Positions 34,208 to 36,595 of a DNA stretch of 36,595 nt are shown here, one piece after another. The translations under genes were made by a program, and so were the position numbers. The DNA is from Bacteroidales bacterium (GTDB lineage Bacteria > Bacteroidota > Bacteroidia > Bacteroidales > WCHB1-69), in the NCBI GenBank assembly GCA_016290715.1, contig JAEEUY010000094.1, positions 1-36,595 on the forward strand, read 5' to 3'. Numbering within the stretch: position 1 is the first letter of the stretch; each line of letters opens with the position of its first letter. The notes beneath the pieces were generated by a model, which saw nothing but the letters and a program-made list of their open reading frames with translations, searched no databases and had not been told where the DNA came from.

Positions 34208-35428
34208 ATGAGAAGAGTTGTGATAACGGGGATGGGGATATGCTCGTGTTTGGGGAAAAATCTTGAGGAAGTAAAGCAATCGTTATATGTAGGGAAATCG
34301 GGCATAGGCATCGATGAGGCGCGTATAGCCTACGGTTATCGTTCCCCCTTAACGGGAATAGTAGAGCGTCCCATGTTAAAAGGGTTGTTGGACCGTCGCT
34401 CCCGTGTTTGTCTCCCTGAACAAGGAGAATATGCGTATATGGCTACTGCTGAAGCACTTAAGAATGCGGCAGTGGATATGGACTATCTTGATAAAAACGA
34501 GGTGGGCATCTTATATGGAAACGATTCTACGGCTAAGCCGGCCATTGAAGCGCACATGCTTACTTTGGAAACCAAAGACACTACTTTGCAAGGTTCAGGC
34601 GCTATTTTCCAGTCAATGAACTCTACGGTTACAATGAATCTTTCAACGATTTTTAAACTGAAAGGAATCAATATGACCATCAGTGCGGCGTGTGCCAGTA
34701 GTTCTCATGCCATTGGTTTAGGGTTGATGTTTATCAGAGAAGGTTTGCAGGATATGATTATTTGTGGGGGAGCACAAGAAGTCAATTATCTTTCAATGAG
34801 TAGTTTTGATGCGATCAGCGCCTTTTCAACGAGAGTGGATAATCCTACTTCGGCCTCTCGTCCTTTTGACAGATTCAGGGATGGTTTGGTACCCAGTGGC
34901 GGGGCGGCTACCGTCATTTTGGAAGAGTATGAGCACGCCGTCAAACGGGGGGCGCCGATTATTGCGGAAGTAGTGGGTTATGGGTTCTCTTCCAATGGCG
35001 CTAACATTTCGCAGCCCAGTGATGTGGGCTCGGAGATTGCCATGCAGCGTGCTTTGAATGATGCTGGCATTACCCCCGAAAATGTGGATTATGTAAATGC
35101 ACACGCTACCTCCACTTTGCAGGGGGATGCCTTTGAGGCAATGGCTCTGGATAGATTGTTCGGGAATTGCAAACCTCCTATCTCTTCCACTAAATCAATG
35201 ACAGGGCATGAATGTTGGATGGCAGGAGCCAGCGAAGTTGTCTATTCCAACTTGATGATGCTTCATTCGTTTATTGCCCCTAATATCAATTTTGAAGAGC
35301 CGGATGAGTATTCCCGAAATTTGAATATTGTGAAAAAAACAATGGATAAAAAGATAGATTGTTATCTTTCCAATTCTTTCGGTTTCGGTGGTACCAATAG
35401 CGCTTTGGTGGTTAAAAAATGGCTCTGA
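34208..35428 (+). CDS. Beta-ketoacyl-ACP synthase (FabB/F-like, aryl-polyene/flexirubin type)
   Basis: Catalytic C in SAACASS, H in NAHATST and H in TGHECWMAG; also SRPFD and NSFGFGGTN. Confidence 0.93.
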   Translation: MRRVVITGMGICSCLGKNLEEVKQSLYVGKSGIGIDEARIAYGYRSPLTGIVERPMLKGLLDRRSRVCLPEQGEYAYMATAEALKNAAVDMDYLDKNEVGILYGNDSTAKPAIEAHMLTLETKDTTLQGSGAIFQSMNSTVTMNLSTIFKLKGINMTISAACASSSHAIGLGLMFIREGLQDMIICGGAQEVNYLSMSSFDAISAFSTRVDNPTSASRPFDRFRDGLVPSGGAATVILEEYEHAVKRGAPIIAEVVGYGFSSNGANISQPSDVGSEIAMQRALNDAGITPENVDYVNAHATSTLQGDAFEAMALDRLFGNCKPPISSTKSMTGHECWMAGASEVVYSNLMMLHSFIAPNINFEEPDEYSRNLNIVKKTMDKKIDCYLSNSFGFGGTNSALVVKKWL

Positions 35429-35460
35429 TAAAGCCTGTTGTATTTATTTCTAAAAAATTG

Positions 35461-35492
35461 TATTTTTGCACCTCCAAAATGGAGCTTTTTTT
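35461..35492 (+). promoter_or_regulatory. Internal -7 element upstream of ACP, followed by a small hairpin and T run
   Basis: TATTTTTG at 35461-35468, then CTCCA-AAA-TGGAG at 35472-35484, then C and T7. Confidence 0.45.
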
Positions 35493-35534
35493 CTTTTTGG
35501 TTTTTTGTAGATATTTAAATATAAAATAGATAAA

Positions 35535-35777
35535 ATGGATAGAGAGACCATCGTTAAGCAAATTAATGATTTTTTAATCGAGGAATTGGAAATTGAACCT
35601 GATTTAATTAAAGAAGATGCTCGATTAAAAGAAGATTTACATATCGACAGCCTTGATTTTATAGATATTGCCGTTATTGTAGAACGCCAATTTAAAATTA
35701 AAATTCAACCGACGGAAATGAAAGATGTGAAATTGCTTTCGCAATTTTACGATTATGTATATAATAAGTTGAAATAA
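35535..35777 (+). CDS. Acyl carrier protein
   Basis: Acidic 80-aa protein with the phosphopantetheine site LHIDSLD. Confidence 0.93.
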   Translation: MDRETIVKQINDFLIEELEIEPDLIKEDARLKEDLHIDSLDFIDIAVIVERQFKIKIQPTEMKDVKLLSQFYDYVYNKLK

Positions 35778-36595
35778 TGTCAGATAACAAGCAAGAGTGG
35801 TCGGGAAAAACGGGGGGCGGAAATTTCGGACAGCGTTTTTTGTTCTGGGCACTCAGGCGGGTTAACGTGGTGTTTTTATACCCCATGTTGTTTTTTGCGA
35901 TCCCCTTTTATTGCTTGGCACAACGCCAGTCGTTCCGTTATATTTTCTACTACTTTCACCAGATTCATCATCTTTCTAAATGGACTTCCTTTTGGAGAAC
36001 TCTTAAGAATTTTATCCTTTTTGGAGAAGTCGTTCTGGATAAGTTTGCTATTTTGGCAGGCAATACCCGACAGTTCAAGTTGGTTATAAAGAATGTAACG
36101 GAGTTTAACCAATGGTTGGACCGCCCCGAGGGAATTATTGTGGCAGGATCTCATGTGGGTAATTTTGAAATGATTGGCCATTGTTTTCCTCAGGATAAAA
36201 AAGTGGTGAATTGTGTTATTTACGGAGGAGAATCGGAAGTGTTTAAAAATCAAAGGAATGACGCTTTTAATGAACATAATCTGAAAACGATTTCCTATTC
36301 TAACGATTTGTCGCATCTGTTTGCCATCAAAGAGGCTTTGGAGAGAGGTGAAATTATTACGATTGCGTGTGATCGTGTATGGGGAAGCAAGAAAGTGTTG
36401 AAAGTGAATTTTTTAGGAAAGGAAACAACTTTTCCGTTAGGTCCCTTTATGCTGGCCGCACAGATGAATGTGCCGATTGCGGCGGTAGTCTTGCTGAAAG
36501 AACGGCGTACCCGCTATTGTGGTCTGGTCTCTGTTTTTTATCCCGATGACACCTTGCAAAGTACGAAAGAGAAAAGTGAAAAATTAGCCATGCAA
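35777..36595 (+). CDS. LpxL/LpxP-like (lipid A biosynthesis family) acyltransferase, 3' truncated by window
   Basis: Not in the ORF track because there is no stop in the window. The ATG overlaps the ACP stop (TAATG). It translates MSDNKQEWSGKTGGG...FGEVVLDKF...GSHVGNFE...ACDR...FPLGPF and stays open to the last base. Confidence 0.87.
   Translation, partial: MSDNKQEWSGKTGGGNFGQRFLFWALRRVNVVFLYPMLFFAIPFYCLAQRQSFRYIFYYFHQIHHLSKWTSFWRTLKNFILFGEVVLDKFAILAGNTRQFKLVIKNVTEFNQWLDRPEGIIVAGSHVGNFEMIGHCFPQDKKVVNCVIYGGESEVFKNQRNDAFNEHNLKTISYSNDLSHLFAIKEALERGEIITIACDRVWGSKKVLKVNFLGKETTFPLGPFMLAAQMNVPIAAVVLLKERRTRYCGLVSVFYPDDTLQSTKEKSEKLAMQ

Noticed and set aside
1-36595. CRISPR arrays, tRNA/rRNA, IS elements, integrases, invertible promoters
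   Set aside because: I found no spaced direct repeats, cloverleafs, transposase or recombinase ORFs, or promoter-flanking inverted repeats by eye. Intergenic gaps are all under about 300 nt.

Overview
Gene-dense, AT-rich chromosomal segment of a Bacteroidota organism, most likely Bacteroidales. The assignment rests on TAnnTTTG -7 promoter boxes, the near absence of Shine-Dalgarno sites, the rplM-rpsI-rpsB-tsf and ftsX-DUF3098-uppP gene orders, and Gln directly after the signal peptides. Most genes are housekeeping: the end of an efflux operon (TolC, adaptor), rplM-rpsI-rpsB-tsf, ftsX-DUF3098-uppP-Nif3-zinc ribbon, miaB, an S8 protease-GWxTD-phosphoglycosyltransferase-TPK-HAD operon, grpE-dnaJ, rpmE2-GlmU-like-lon-maf, a GH73/LysM plus M23 pair, and asd. 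A T9SS/gliding-associated neighbourhood follows (LTD protein with a type-B-like CTD, CPBP protease, PorE-like OmpA protein, GldA-like ATPase). The right end holds the start of a flexirubin/aryl-polyene-type cluster (ammonia lyase, FabG, ketosynthase, ACP, LpxL-like acyltransferase). I found no rRNA, tRNA, CRISPR array or mobile element. Best leads: the aryl-polyene cluster, a sigma54-like promoter with an upstream dyad before grpE-dnaJ, two candidate ribosomal-protein leader RNAs, the GWxTD operon, and the GldA/PorE-like/CPBP operon. All family calls come from motif recognition by eye; no database search was run.
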